A stretch of DNA of 64,000 nucleotides from Laetmonice hystrix (Eukaryota). The DNA lies in NCBI GenBank assembly GCA_965235115.1, contig OZ249448.1, positions 682,001 to 746,000 on the forward strand. Reading direction: 5' to 3'. Under the pieces are notes generated by a model. The model worked only from the letters and a program-made list of their open reading frames with translations. It was not told where the DNA came from and ran no database searches. The position numbers and the translations under genes were made by a program. This document shows positions 15,001-26,800 of the stretch, in pieces; the stretch's first letter is position 1; every line of letters begins with the position of its first letter.

Positions 15001-17889
15001 ACCAAAAGCGATGAATCATGAACACCTGTCCTGAAATCATTTCATTAGAAGCTTGCCTTAAGATGTACGTTTTGCCATGGTGGCATTGACATTCTACCTG
15101 ACCTTTACCCAGGCTGAATTGTCAAATTGGCTATCATTCTACTAAACGCTTGAGCTCCTCTTCCTGAAAGCTTTGCACTTTAATTTCTATTGCTAGCTGA
15201 GCTCAGGTTATCAGGAATTCAGCCAATGCCAACAGAAGGAAGTGGATTTTAAGTGACAGAGCTGAAAAGGATATATCATGGCATCTTTGTCAGCTCTTAG
15301 GGATCGCTTCTTCAGCACAGCCTCTGAAATAACGTTATATATAAACGTATTGCGATTAATCTAGTTGCATCTGATGAGCACATCCTCAATTCTCTTTACA
15401 TACAAACATGCTCTGGGGGATCTAAAGCTGATAAAGTACTACTGGTAGCGAAAAATAAGGAGTATACTGGTTCGACAGTAAACGTGATATAAGGCAGAAT
15501 TGAACATTATATTTCCGATATCATTTCCCTTCAAGTGAATATGCATTAATATATTTGCAACTTCAAGTGTGCAGAGTGTTGTTTCATACTACTTTCAAGT
15601 CATAATGAAACCAAGTCTCTTTTCTGAGCTAGGCTGCGAGAATAACTTCGATGAGACGGCAAGAACGCATTCAGATGGTGGTGTGTTAAAATCAGATGCC
15701 ACAACAGTGTCCGCATGCAGAACTGCCTGCATATCAGCAAATCCCACATGTTATGGATATGACATTGTAAGGAGTGGCACCACTATTCAATGTTGGCTGA
15801 ATTCGAATAAAGATGCATTGAATAACCTAAAACCCATGGATACTGCCACAAACTACAAGAGAAAATGTGCAGGCCAAACTGGAGGTAAGAGGTTTTTGCC
15901 ATAAAACATGGAAATGTCGTACCTACTCTATTCAGCATTGCAACACTGAAGCACATCTAGGGACATGTATCCTGTCTTGGCACGGGTGACCTTGAAATTA
16001 CTAAAAGTATATTTGAGCAATCGTGCAATATTTTTACAGGCAGAGTACATTTACCTCTTGACTTTATTTTACTTTCTAGTGACGACTCCTGGTGGTAAGA
16101 TAGCTTTAGTAATTAATCTTGAGCATTTAGAAATAGGCAGAATTAATACCCTCCAATACACACGATGATTCTCAACTTTCCTCTGTTAACTTAGATCACA
16201 CCTGAAAGTTGTACTTTTCAAAATGTATAACTTTTCCATACATCCATGTATGAATAGCAGTCTATGGGCTCAGAACTGTGTATTTCTGAAAAGGAGATGG
16301 AACAAACTTTAAATGACATAGTTAAAACTATTACGACGTCTGAACCTTACAGCCCACATATTCTGCAATAGCAAGAAAAGGGCGATCCTTATGGAAAAGC
16401 CCTTGTGTTATGAAAGGGAAATGCAAAATGTTCATGCCTAGCAAATGCTTAAAGTTTAATGCTACTCAGTTGTTATCAAATGGTCGCCTTGGACGCTAGC
16501 GATATGCTGTATTTCATACAGGATGTCAGGATCCATTCACCGCTACAGAGAATAAGCATGCCAATGGCGGCAAAGCCAATACCGCCAGAACCATGGCTGA
16601 CTGTAGGACAGCATGTCTGACTTCTGCAGAGCGATGCTATGGATTTGACTTTCAAGCAGGGTTTAGTGGGGCAACATTGTGCTGGCTGTTTTCCAGTGCC
16701 AAAGCAAATGAGCTGGTGGACTTGGCTGGAACAACACATTATGAACGTCGTTTTGTGTGTGGTGGATCAGGTTCAGGTGGTGAGCACAAGGATTCTTTGC
16801 CTACCATGCTATGGTAGAACATATCAAGAGAGCTAAACTAGAACTTTCGCTCTAGGCTGTAATTGCTAAAACTATGACTTATGGCAGAGAATGGCCCTCT
16901 GTCAGTTCTTATGCTTGAAAACATGTCAGGTCATTTCTATGGATATTTGTTGTGCAATCATGGTACTGTCTGGAGATGGTAACCCAACATACCACAATCC
17001 AGGAACCAAAAGCGATGAATCATGAACACCTGTCCTGGAATCATTTCATTAGAAGCTTGCCTTAAGATGTACGTTTTGCCATGGTGGCATTGACATTCTA
17101 CCTGACCTTTACCCCAGGCTGCATTGTCAAATTGGCTATCATTCTACTAAACGCTTGAGCTCCTCTTCCTGAAAGCTTTGCACTTTAATTTCTATTTCTA
17201 GCTGAGCACAGGTTAGCAGGAATTCAGCCAATGCCAACAGAAGGAAGTGGATTTTAAGTGACAGAGCTGAAAAGGATATATCATGGCATCTTTGTCAGCT
17301 CTTAGGGATCGCTTCTTCAGCACAGCCTCTGAAATAACGTTATATATAAACGTATTGCCATTAATCTAGTTGCATCTGATGAGCACATCCTCAACTCTCT
17401 TTACATACAAACATGCTGTGGAGGATCTAAAACTGATAAAGTACTACTGGTAGCGAAAAATAAGGAGTATACTGGTTCGACAGTACACGTGATATAAGGC
17501 AGAATTGAACATTATATTTTAGATATCATTTCCCTTCAAGTGAATCTGCATTAATATATTTGCAACTTCAAGTGTGCAGAGTGTTGTTTCATACTACTTT
17601 CAAGTCATAATGAAACCAAGTCTCTTTTCTGAGCTAGGCTGCGAGAATAACTTCGATGAGACGGCAAGAACGCATTCAGATGGTGGTGTGTTAAAATCAG
17701 ATGCCACAACAGTGTCCGCATGCAGAACTGCCTGCATATCAGCAAATCCCACATGTTATGGATATGACATTGTAAGGAGTGGCACCACTATTCAATGTTG
17801 GCTGAATTCGAATAAAGATGCATTGAATAACCTAAAACCCATGGATACTGCCACAAACTACAAGAGAAGATGTACAGGCCAAACTGGAG
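1..17889 (+). repeat. Tandem array of ~2.0-kb exon-bearing units, subfamily I (9 units, period 1993-2005 bp)
   Basis: The ORF track recurs at about 2-kb offsets (607, 2610, 4615, 6611, 8608, 10604, 12600, 14597, 16593). Introns and exons are near-identical between units by eye. Confidence 0.97.
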
Positions 17890-20800
17890 GTAAGAGGCTT
17901 TTGCTATAAAGCATGAAAATGTCATACCTACTCTACTCAGAGTTGCGTCACTGAAAGATATTTGGGGAAATATATCCTGCCTTGACACGGCTGTCCTGGA
18001 AATTATTAAAAGTGTATTTGGACAATGGTGCAATATTTTCAAAAGCAAAGTACACTTACCTGTTTACTTTATTTGACTTTCTAGCCACGACTCCTGGTGG
18101 TAAGATATCTTTAGTACTTATTCTTGACCATTAAGAAATAGGCAGAATTAATACTCTTCAATACTGTTAACTTGGATCACACCTAGAAGTTGGAACATCC
18201 CAAATTGTAACTATTGCATGTATTCTTGAACCAATAGGGTCCATTGATTAAGAACTGTATATTCTTGAAAAAGAGACTGAAGAAACTGTAATTGACATAT
18301 TGTAAACTTTTACAATGTTTGAACCTCATGGTCAACGTATTCCGCAAAAGCATGAAAAAGGTGCACTCCTGCAAAAGCCCTTATGCTATGAAATGCAAGT
18401 TCAAATCTTTCATGCATAACGAAGTGCTTAAAGTTTAATGGTGCTGAGATACTATCAAACGACAGCATAATGTATCACGTTTAACAATAGGGATATACTG
18501 TATTCTATACAGGATGTCAGGATCCATTCACGGCCACAGAGAATCGGAATGCCAATGGTGGGAACCCCAATATAGCCAGAACCATGGCTGACTGTAGGAC
18601 AGCATGTCTGACTTCAGGAGAGCGATGCTATGGTTTTGACTTCCAAGCAGGGGTTAGTGGCGGAACATCGTGCTGGCTGTTTTCTAGTGCCAAAGCTAAT
18701 GAGCTGCTGAACAGGCCTGGAGTGACACATTATGAACGTCGTTTCGTGTGTGGTGGATCAGGTTCAGGCGGTGAGCACGGCAGTTCGCTGCCTACCATGT
18801 TATAGTAGAATTATGTCAAGAGAGCTAAGCTAGACCTTTCACTGTAGGCTCTAATCGCTAAAGCTGCAGCCCATGGCAGAGAATTAACCGTTGAAAATTC
18901 TGGATTATTGAAAACATCTCGGTTCATTTGTCTGAATGATTTGTTGTGAAATCATAGTACATAAATGTACTGTCTGCAGATAGTAACGCAATATAACACA
19001 ATCCCGGAACCAAAAGCTATTAATAACCCACACCTCTCCTGTAATCATTTCTTTAAAGGACTGCCTTAAGATGTATGCTTTGCAAAGTTAGAATTGACAT
19101 TATACCTGATCTTTCACCCAGGATTCATTGTCAATGCATTAGAAATTAGTTGCAGAGAATTAAGATAAAGGAAATATTGGCTATCATTCTATTAATAGCT
19201 TGAGCTGCTCTTTCTGAAAGCTTGGCCTTTAATTTCTATTATTAGCTCAGGTAAGGTTGGTAAAAATTCAGCCAATGCCAAAGGAAGACAGTACATTTTA
19301 ATAGTCGTCGTTTCAAAAGGATTCAACAACTCATAGCATCTTTGTCAGCTCTTATGGATCGCTTCTTCAGCATGTCCTCTGAAATAATGTAATATAAACG
19401 TATTGCCATTAATCTCGTTGCATCTGATGAGCACACCCTCATTTCTTTTACATCCAAACATGCTTCGGAGGATCTAAAGCTGATAAAGTACTACTGGTAG
19501 TGAAAGGAGTATAATGGTTCGACACGACACATGATTTAAGGCAACATTAATATTTCAGATATGTTTTTCCTTCAAGTGAATCTGCATGAATATATTTGCT
19601 ACTTCAAGTGTGCAGAGTATCGTTTGATACTTCTTTCAAGTCATAATGAAACCAAGTCTCTTTTCTGAGCTAGGCTGTGAGAATAACTTCGATGAGACGG
19701 CAAGAACGCATTCAGATGGTGGTGTGTTAAAATCAGATGCCACAACCGTGTCCGCATGCAGAACTGCCTGCATATCAGCAAATCCCACATGTTATGGATA
19801 TGACATTGTAAGGAGTGGCACCACTATCCAATGTTGGCTGAATTCGAATAAAGATGCATTGAATAACCTAAAACCCATGGATACTGCCACAAACTACAAG
19901 AGAAGATGTACAGGCCAAACTGGAGGTAAGAGGCTTTTGCTATAAAGCATGAAAATGTCATACCTACTCTACTCAGAGTTGCGTCACTGAAAGATATTTG
20001 GGGAAATATATCCTGCCTTGATACGGCTGTCCTGGAAATTATTAAAAGTGTATTTGGACAATGGTGCAATATTTTCAAAAGCAAAGTACACTTACCTGTT
20101 TACTTTATTTGACTTTCTAGCCACGACTCCTGGTGGTAAGATATCTTTAGTAATTATTCTTGACCATTTAGAAATAGGCAGAATTAATACTCTTCAATAC
20201 TGTTAACTTGGATCACACCTAGAAGTTGGTACATCCCAAATTGTAACTATTGCATCTAATATTCTTGAACCAATAGGGTCCATTGATTAAGAACTGTATA
20301 TTCTTGAAAAAGAGACTGAAGAAACTGTAATTGACATATTGTAAACTTTTACAATGTTTGAAGCTCATGGTCAACGTATTCCGCAAAAGCATGAAAAAAG
20401 GTGCACTCCTGCAAAAGCCCTTATGCTATGAAATGCAAGTTCAAATCTTTCATGCATAACAAAGTGCTTAACGTTTAATGGTGCTGAGATACTATCAAAC
20501 GACAGCATAATGTATCACGTTTAACAATAGGGATATACTGTATTCTATACAGGATGTCAGGATCCATTCACGGCCACAGAGAATCGGAATGCCAATGGTG
20601 GGAACCCCAATACAGCCAGAACCATGGCTGACTGTAGGACAGCATGTCTGACTTCAGGAGAGCGATGCTATGGTTTTGACTTCCAAGCAGGGGTTAGTGG
20701 GGGAACATCGTGCTGGCTGTTTTCTAGTGCCAAAGCTAATGAGCTGCTGAACAGGCCTGGAGTGACACATTATGAACGTCGTTTCGTGTGTGGTGGATCA

Positions 20801-23800
20801 GGTTCAGGCGGTGAGCACGGCAGTTCTCTGCCTACCATGTTATAGTAGAATTACGTCAAGAGAGCTAAGCTAGACCTTTCACTGTAGGCTCTAATCGCTA
20901 AATCTGCAGCCCATGGCAGAGAATTAACCGTTGAAAATTCTGGATTATTGAAAACATCTCGGTTCATTTGTCTGAATGATTTGTTGTGAAATCATAGTAC
21001 ATAAATGTACTGTCTGCAGATAGTAACGCAATATAACACAATCCCGGAACCAAAAGCTATTAATAACCCACACCTCTCCTGTAATCATTTCTTTAAAGGA
21101 CTGCCTTAAGATGTATGCTTTGCAAAGTTAGAATTGACATTATACCTGATCTTTCACCCAGGATTCATTGTCAATGCATTAGAAATTAGTTGCAGAGAAT
21201 TAAGATAAAGGAAATATTGGCTATCATTCTATTAATAGCTTGAGCTGCTCTTTCTGAAAGCTTGGCCTTTAATTTCTATTATTAGCTCAGGTAAGGTTGG
21301 TAAAAATTCAGCCAATGCCAAAGGAAGACAGTACATTTTAATAGTCGTCGTTTCAAAAGGATTCAACAACTCATAGCATCTTTGTCAGCTCTTATGGATC
21401 GCTTCTTCAGCATGTCCTCTGAAATAATGTAATATAAACGTATTGCCATTAATCTCGTTGCATCTGATGAGCACACCCTCATTTCTTTTACATCCAAACA
21501 TGCTTCGGAGGATCTAAAGCTGATAAAGTACTACTGGTAGTGAAAGGAGTATAATGGTTCGACACGACACATGATTTAAGGCAACATTAATATTTCAGAT
21601 ATGTTTTTCCTTCAAGTGAATCTGCATGAATATATTTGCTACTTCAAGTGTGCAGAGTGTCGTTTGATACTTCTTTCAAGTCATAATGAAACCAAGTCTC
21701 TTTTCTGAGCTAGGCTGTGAGAATAACTTCGATGAGACGGCAAGAACGCATTCAGATGGTGGTGTGTTAAAATCAGATGCCACAACCGTGTCCGCATGCA
21801 GAACTGCCTGCATATCAGCAAATCCCACATGTTATGGATATGACATTGTAAGGAGTGGCACCACTATCCAATGTTGGCTGAATTCGAATAAAGATGCATT
21901 GAATAACCTAAAACCCATGGATACTGCCACAAACTACAAGAGAAGATGTACAGGCCAAACTGGAGGTAAGAGGCTTTTGCTATAAAGCATGAAAATGTCA
22001 TACCTACTCTACTCAGAGTTGCGTCACTGAAAGATATTTGGGGAAATATATCCTGCCTTGACACGGCTGTCCTGGAAATTATTAAAAGTGTATTTGGACA
22101 ATGGTGCAATATTTTCAAAAGCAAAGTACACTTACCTGTTTACTTTATTTGACTTTCTAGCCACGACTCCTGGTGGTAAGATATCTTTAGTAATTATTCT
22201 TGACCATTTAGAAATAGGCAGAATTAATACTCTTCAATACTGTTAACTTGGATCACACCTAGAAGTTGGTACATCCCAAATTGTAACTATTGCATCTAAT
22301 ATTCTTGAACCAATAGGGTCCATTGATTAAGAACTGTATATTCTTGAAAAAGAGACTGAAGAAACTGTAATTGACATATTGTAAACTTTTACAATGTTTG
22401 AAGCTCATGGTCAACGTATTCCGCAAAAGCATGAAAAAAGGTGCACTCCTGCAAAAGCCCTTATGCTATGAAATGCAAGTTCAAATCTTTCATGCATAAC
22501 AAAGTGCTTAACGTTTAATGGTGCTAAGATACTATCAAACGACAGCATAATGTATCACGTTTAACAATAGGGATATACTGTATTCTATACAGGATGTCAG
22601 GATCCATTCACGGCCACAGAGAATCGGAATGCCAATGGTGGGAACCCCAATACAGCCAGAACCATGGCTGACTGTAGGACAGCATGTCTGACTTCAGGAG
22701 AGCGATGCTATGGTTTTGACTTCCAAGCAGGGGTTAGTGGGGGAACATCGTGCTGGCTGTTTTCTAGTGCCAAAGCTAATGAGCTGCTGAACAGGCCTGG
22801 AGTGACACATTATGAACGTCGTTTCGTGTGTGGTGGATCAGGTTCAGGCGGTGAGCACGGCAGTTCTCTGCCTACCATGTTATAGTAGAATTACGTCAAG
22901 AGAGCTAAGCTAGACCTTTCACTGTAGGCTCTAATCGCTAAATCTGCAGTCCATGGCAGAGAATTAACCGTTGAAAATTCTGGATTATTGAAAACATCTC
23001 GGTTCATTTGTCTGAATGATTTGTTGTGAAATCATAGTACATAAATGTACTGTCTGCAGATAGTAACGCAATATAACACAATCCCGGAACCAAAAGCTAT
23101 TAATAACCCACACCTCTCCTGTAATCATTTCTTTAAAGGACTGCCTTAAGATGTATGCTTTGCAAAGTTAGAATTGACATTATACCTGATCTTTCACCCA
23201 GGATTCATTGTCAATGCATTAGAAATTAGTTGCAGAGAATTAAGATAAAGGAAATATTGGCTATCATTCTATTAATAGCTTGAGCTGCTCTTTCTGAAAG
23301 CTTGGCCTTTAATTTCTATTATTAGCTCAGGTAAGGTTGGTAAAAATTCAGCCAATGCCAAAGGAAGACAGTACATTTTAATAGTCGTCGTTTCAAAAGG
23401 ATTCAACAACTCATAGCATCTTTGTCAGCTCTTATGGATCGCTTCTTCAGCATGTCCTCTGAAATAATGTAATATAAACGTATTGCCATTAAATCTCGTT
23501 GCATCTGATGAGCACACCCTCATTTTTTTTACATCCAAACATGCTTCGGAGGATCTAAAGCTGATAAAGTACTACTGGTAGTGAAAGGAGTATAATGTTT
23601 CGACACGACACGTGATTTAAGGCAACATTAATATTTCAGATATGTTTTTCCTTCAAGTGAATCTGCATGAATATATTTGCTACTTCAAGTGTGCAGAGTG
23701 TCGTTTGATACTTCTTTCAAGTCATAATGAAACCAACTCTCTTTTCTGATCTAGGATGTGACAATAACTTCGATGAGACAGCAAGAACGCATTCAGATGG

Positions 23801-26800
23801 TGGTGTGTTAAAATCAGATGCCACAACGGTGTCCGCATGCAGAACTGCCTGCATATCAGCAAATCCCACATGTTATGGATATGACATTGTAAGGAGTGGC
23901 ACCACTATTCAATGTTGGCTGAATTCGAATAAAGATGCATTGAATAACCTAAAACCCATGGATACTGCCACAAACTACAAGAGAAGATGTACAGGCCAAA
24001 CTAGAGGTAAGAGGCTTTTGCTAGAAAGCGTGGAAATGTTGTACACCTAGTCTACTGAGGGTGGCATCACTGAAAGATATCTGGAGAAATATATCCTGTC
24101 TTGACACTGGTGACCTGGAAATTACTAAAAGTGCACTTGGGCAATCGTGCAATATTTTCAGAAGCAAAGTACATTTACCTGTTTACTTATTTTACTTTCT
24201 AGCCACGACTCCTGGTGGTAAGATATCTTTAGTAATTATTCTTGAGCATTTAGAAATAGGCTGAATTAATACTCTTCAATACTTTGCTCTGTTACTTTGG
24301 ATCACACCTAGATGTTCGTAGATCCCAGAGTGTAACTATTGCATGTATTTATGAATCAATTGAGGTCCATTGACTCAGAACTCTATTTGGTTGCCACAAT
24401 GGCGCTCAAATCACCCAGGGTTTCTGAATAGCAGGAAGTGATGTCAAATGTCAGAGGGAATCCCGAATGGTCCGCTATGTTAAGCCAGTTGCTGGCAGAA
24501 AAACGCCAAATGGAAGGTAGTGATTAAACATTGCCAACATGTCTATGCTTGATGCAAAATATCTTGTTGGAGGATTCGGATGTACCATCGATGTTTGCGT
24601 CCATGTTTTCAATGGCTATTTTTCTAGCAGACGCTTTTCTCCCACTATCTTTATATTATTTCAACAAGCGACAGAAAAGAGACGTTTTTATTTCTGTGTG
24701 TGTGTCTCCTTCACTGAAGGAATGTTAGAAACAATTAAAAAAACGTGTCTAGTCTTGAAAGACGCAATGTATAGCGATGTGGTTACTCTTTAAGATGTCG
24801 CTTTGCCAAGGTAGCTTTGAAGTTGTAGCAGATCTTTGCCCCAGGCTTCATTGTTGATGCAATAGAAATTAGTTTCAAAAAAATAATATTGAAGAAAATA
24901 TTGGCTAACATTCTAATAAAAACTTAAAGCGATATGCAAGAATCCATCTACCTTATACCTGCTTCCCATATGCCTTATACTATAAAGAATAACATCAGCA
25001 ATAAATGCAGGTCAATAGGTTTCACATAAACGAGAATGCCAACCGTAAACTACGAGTACCCTACCTCTAGCCGAGAATTGAATTAGGCGCCATAGTACAT
25101 CACAATATCACATGGGAGATTGATTCAGCCAATCAAAAATAGTCAGATCACCCGGAAGTGTGACGTCACCAGAGCCGTGAACTTCGACCAGCTGTCAGGA
25201 TCGGATGAGGATACAAGGAAGTCAGAGTCTAGGCTGAGACTGCGAGTAAGATTATCCGTGTCATAGTAGGAGAACGATCAGCAGGCCTAACTATACCACT
25301 GACTTGGTGCTGATCCTTCGTGAAGGTGCCTGGGTGTGCTGCCAGCACTGTGCAGAACGGTAGCCCGACGCTTGCACGCCATGTCCCCGGCCGTAGTCTG
25401 TCACTAGTGTCAGACTCCATCCATGTCCCAACCAGTGTACATTTCATTCTCCAGTTGACAATTCTCCATATAAATAATAGTTTTTAGCCATCATTTCATG
25501 CCTTGGAGGGTATAAATTGCGACGAATTTCTGTTCGTTTAAGCGCCCAGTAAGAGATTTTTCACTATGTTGTCGATCGACCAAATTGGCATGTCTGGCCC
25601 CGTCACAGTACAGTGCACTCCCGTTGGGAGCATGGGCGAGTGCTGCCCGTTGTCGTTGACTTGACCACCTGACTCGGGGTGAGTGGGACATGGAGTCTTG
25701 TAATCGACTTGGGCCGAGATAACTGTGGTCCGAAGTCACCATGGGCCGAGTTCACCAGTACCCATCATTGTACATAGTGTCAGTGAAGATGGTTGACCAA
25801 CACGGTGTTGGGAAATGGGGTTGGCTCCAGCGACGCCATTTTCATAAGGTCTCACAGCAGTGACTGCAGAAAGATGGAGGCAGTTGGCATACGGTCAACT
25901 GTCAGTTTCGATCGGGGATTACTTAGCACACAGACTTTGTGGGAATTAGATGGTGGCAGGTAAAAGGCACTATACCATGGTTATCCATGGGCCCTATCGC
26001 TTGTGGAGGTTTCAGATCGCTTTAAGCTTGATTGAAAAATTTTATATGTTATTTATTCATCTGTGCGATTCATTTTCTGTTGTAGTGACGACTCCTGGTG
26101 GTAAGAGAGTATTCACTATATTTCATCATTATTAATAAAAAATAATGAGGAAGTAAATAAACTACCGAAAAGAGACAGTGATGCCTAAGATTTGCATTCA
26201 TGCCTTTTGCTGAAGGCAGAAATGGCGAAATTTAAGATCTATGTATTCTGTATTCCATTTTGACCTGGACTATTTTTGTATTCGTTCTAAGCCGAAATTG
26301 GAATTAAAATACATGTAATACTTTCATGCATCCCAATTTCCACTCTTCCATTCATTCCTCCATTTTTGCACATTATTGAACAGAATATTGAAAATTGAGA
26401 AAATTGAGTTAAAATACTTTCAGAAGATCCATGATATAGGGCCAAAGTATATGGAAACGCAATAAGAAGACACAGTTCCACAGAAACCCATGTTTCATTA
26501 AGGGGAAATTTGCAAATGACATTCTTTGCGCAGCTTTACAATTTTAGTGGTCATGTGGTTGAATGAACTAATTCAACGTTCTTTTTCCTCTTATACAGGA
26601 TGTCAGGATCCTTTCACAGACACACAAAATAAGCATGCGAGAGATGGTAGAACTATCAACTCAAATAGCCTGAATGAGTGTATGACAGCCTGTCGGACTT
26701 CAGGCCAGCGATGCTATGGTTTTGATTTTCAACAAACCGGACCCGAAGGTCAAAGGTGTTGGTTGTTCTTCAGTGGCAAGGCTAATGAGTTGCTGGACTT

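Noticed and set aside
490-16739. Recurrent 87-aa minus-strand ORF (MCCSSQ...) and 65-aa plus-strand ORF (MDLTFKQ...)
   Set aside because: Antisense and shifted-frame shadows of PAN exon A; they recur only because the unit is repeated and are broken in subfamily II.
1982-22246. Recurrent 62-67-aa ORF (MYPVLARV...VTTPGGKIALV...)
   Set aside because: Intronic read-through around the 15-nt micro-exon; interrupted by a stop in units 2/3 and poorly conserved between subfamilies outside the micro-exon.
1-24390. CRISPR-like or Dscam-like diversity array
   Set aside because: There is no repeat-spacer structure, and the copies are nearly identical, so mutually exclusive splicing would give little sequence diversity; length variation is the supported possibility.
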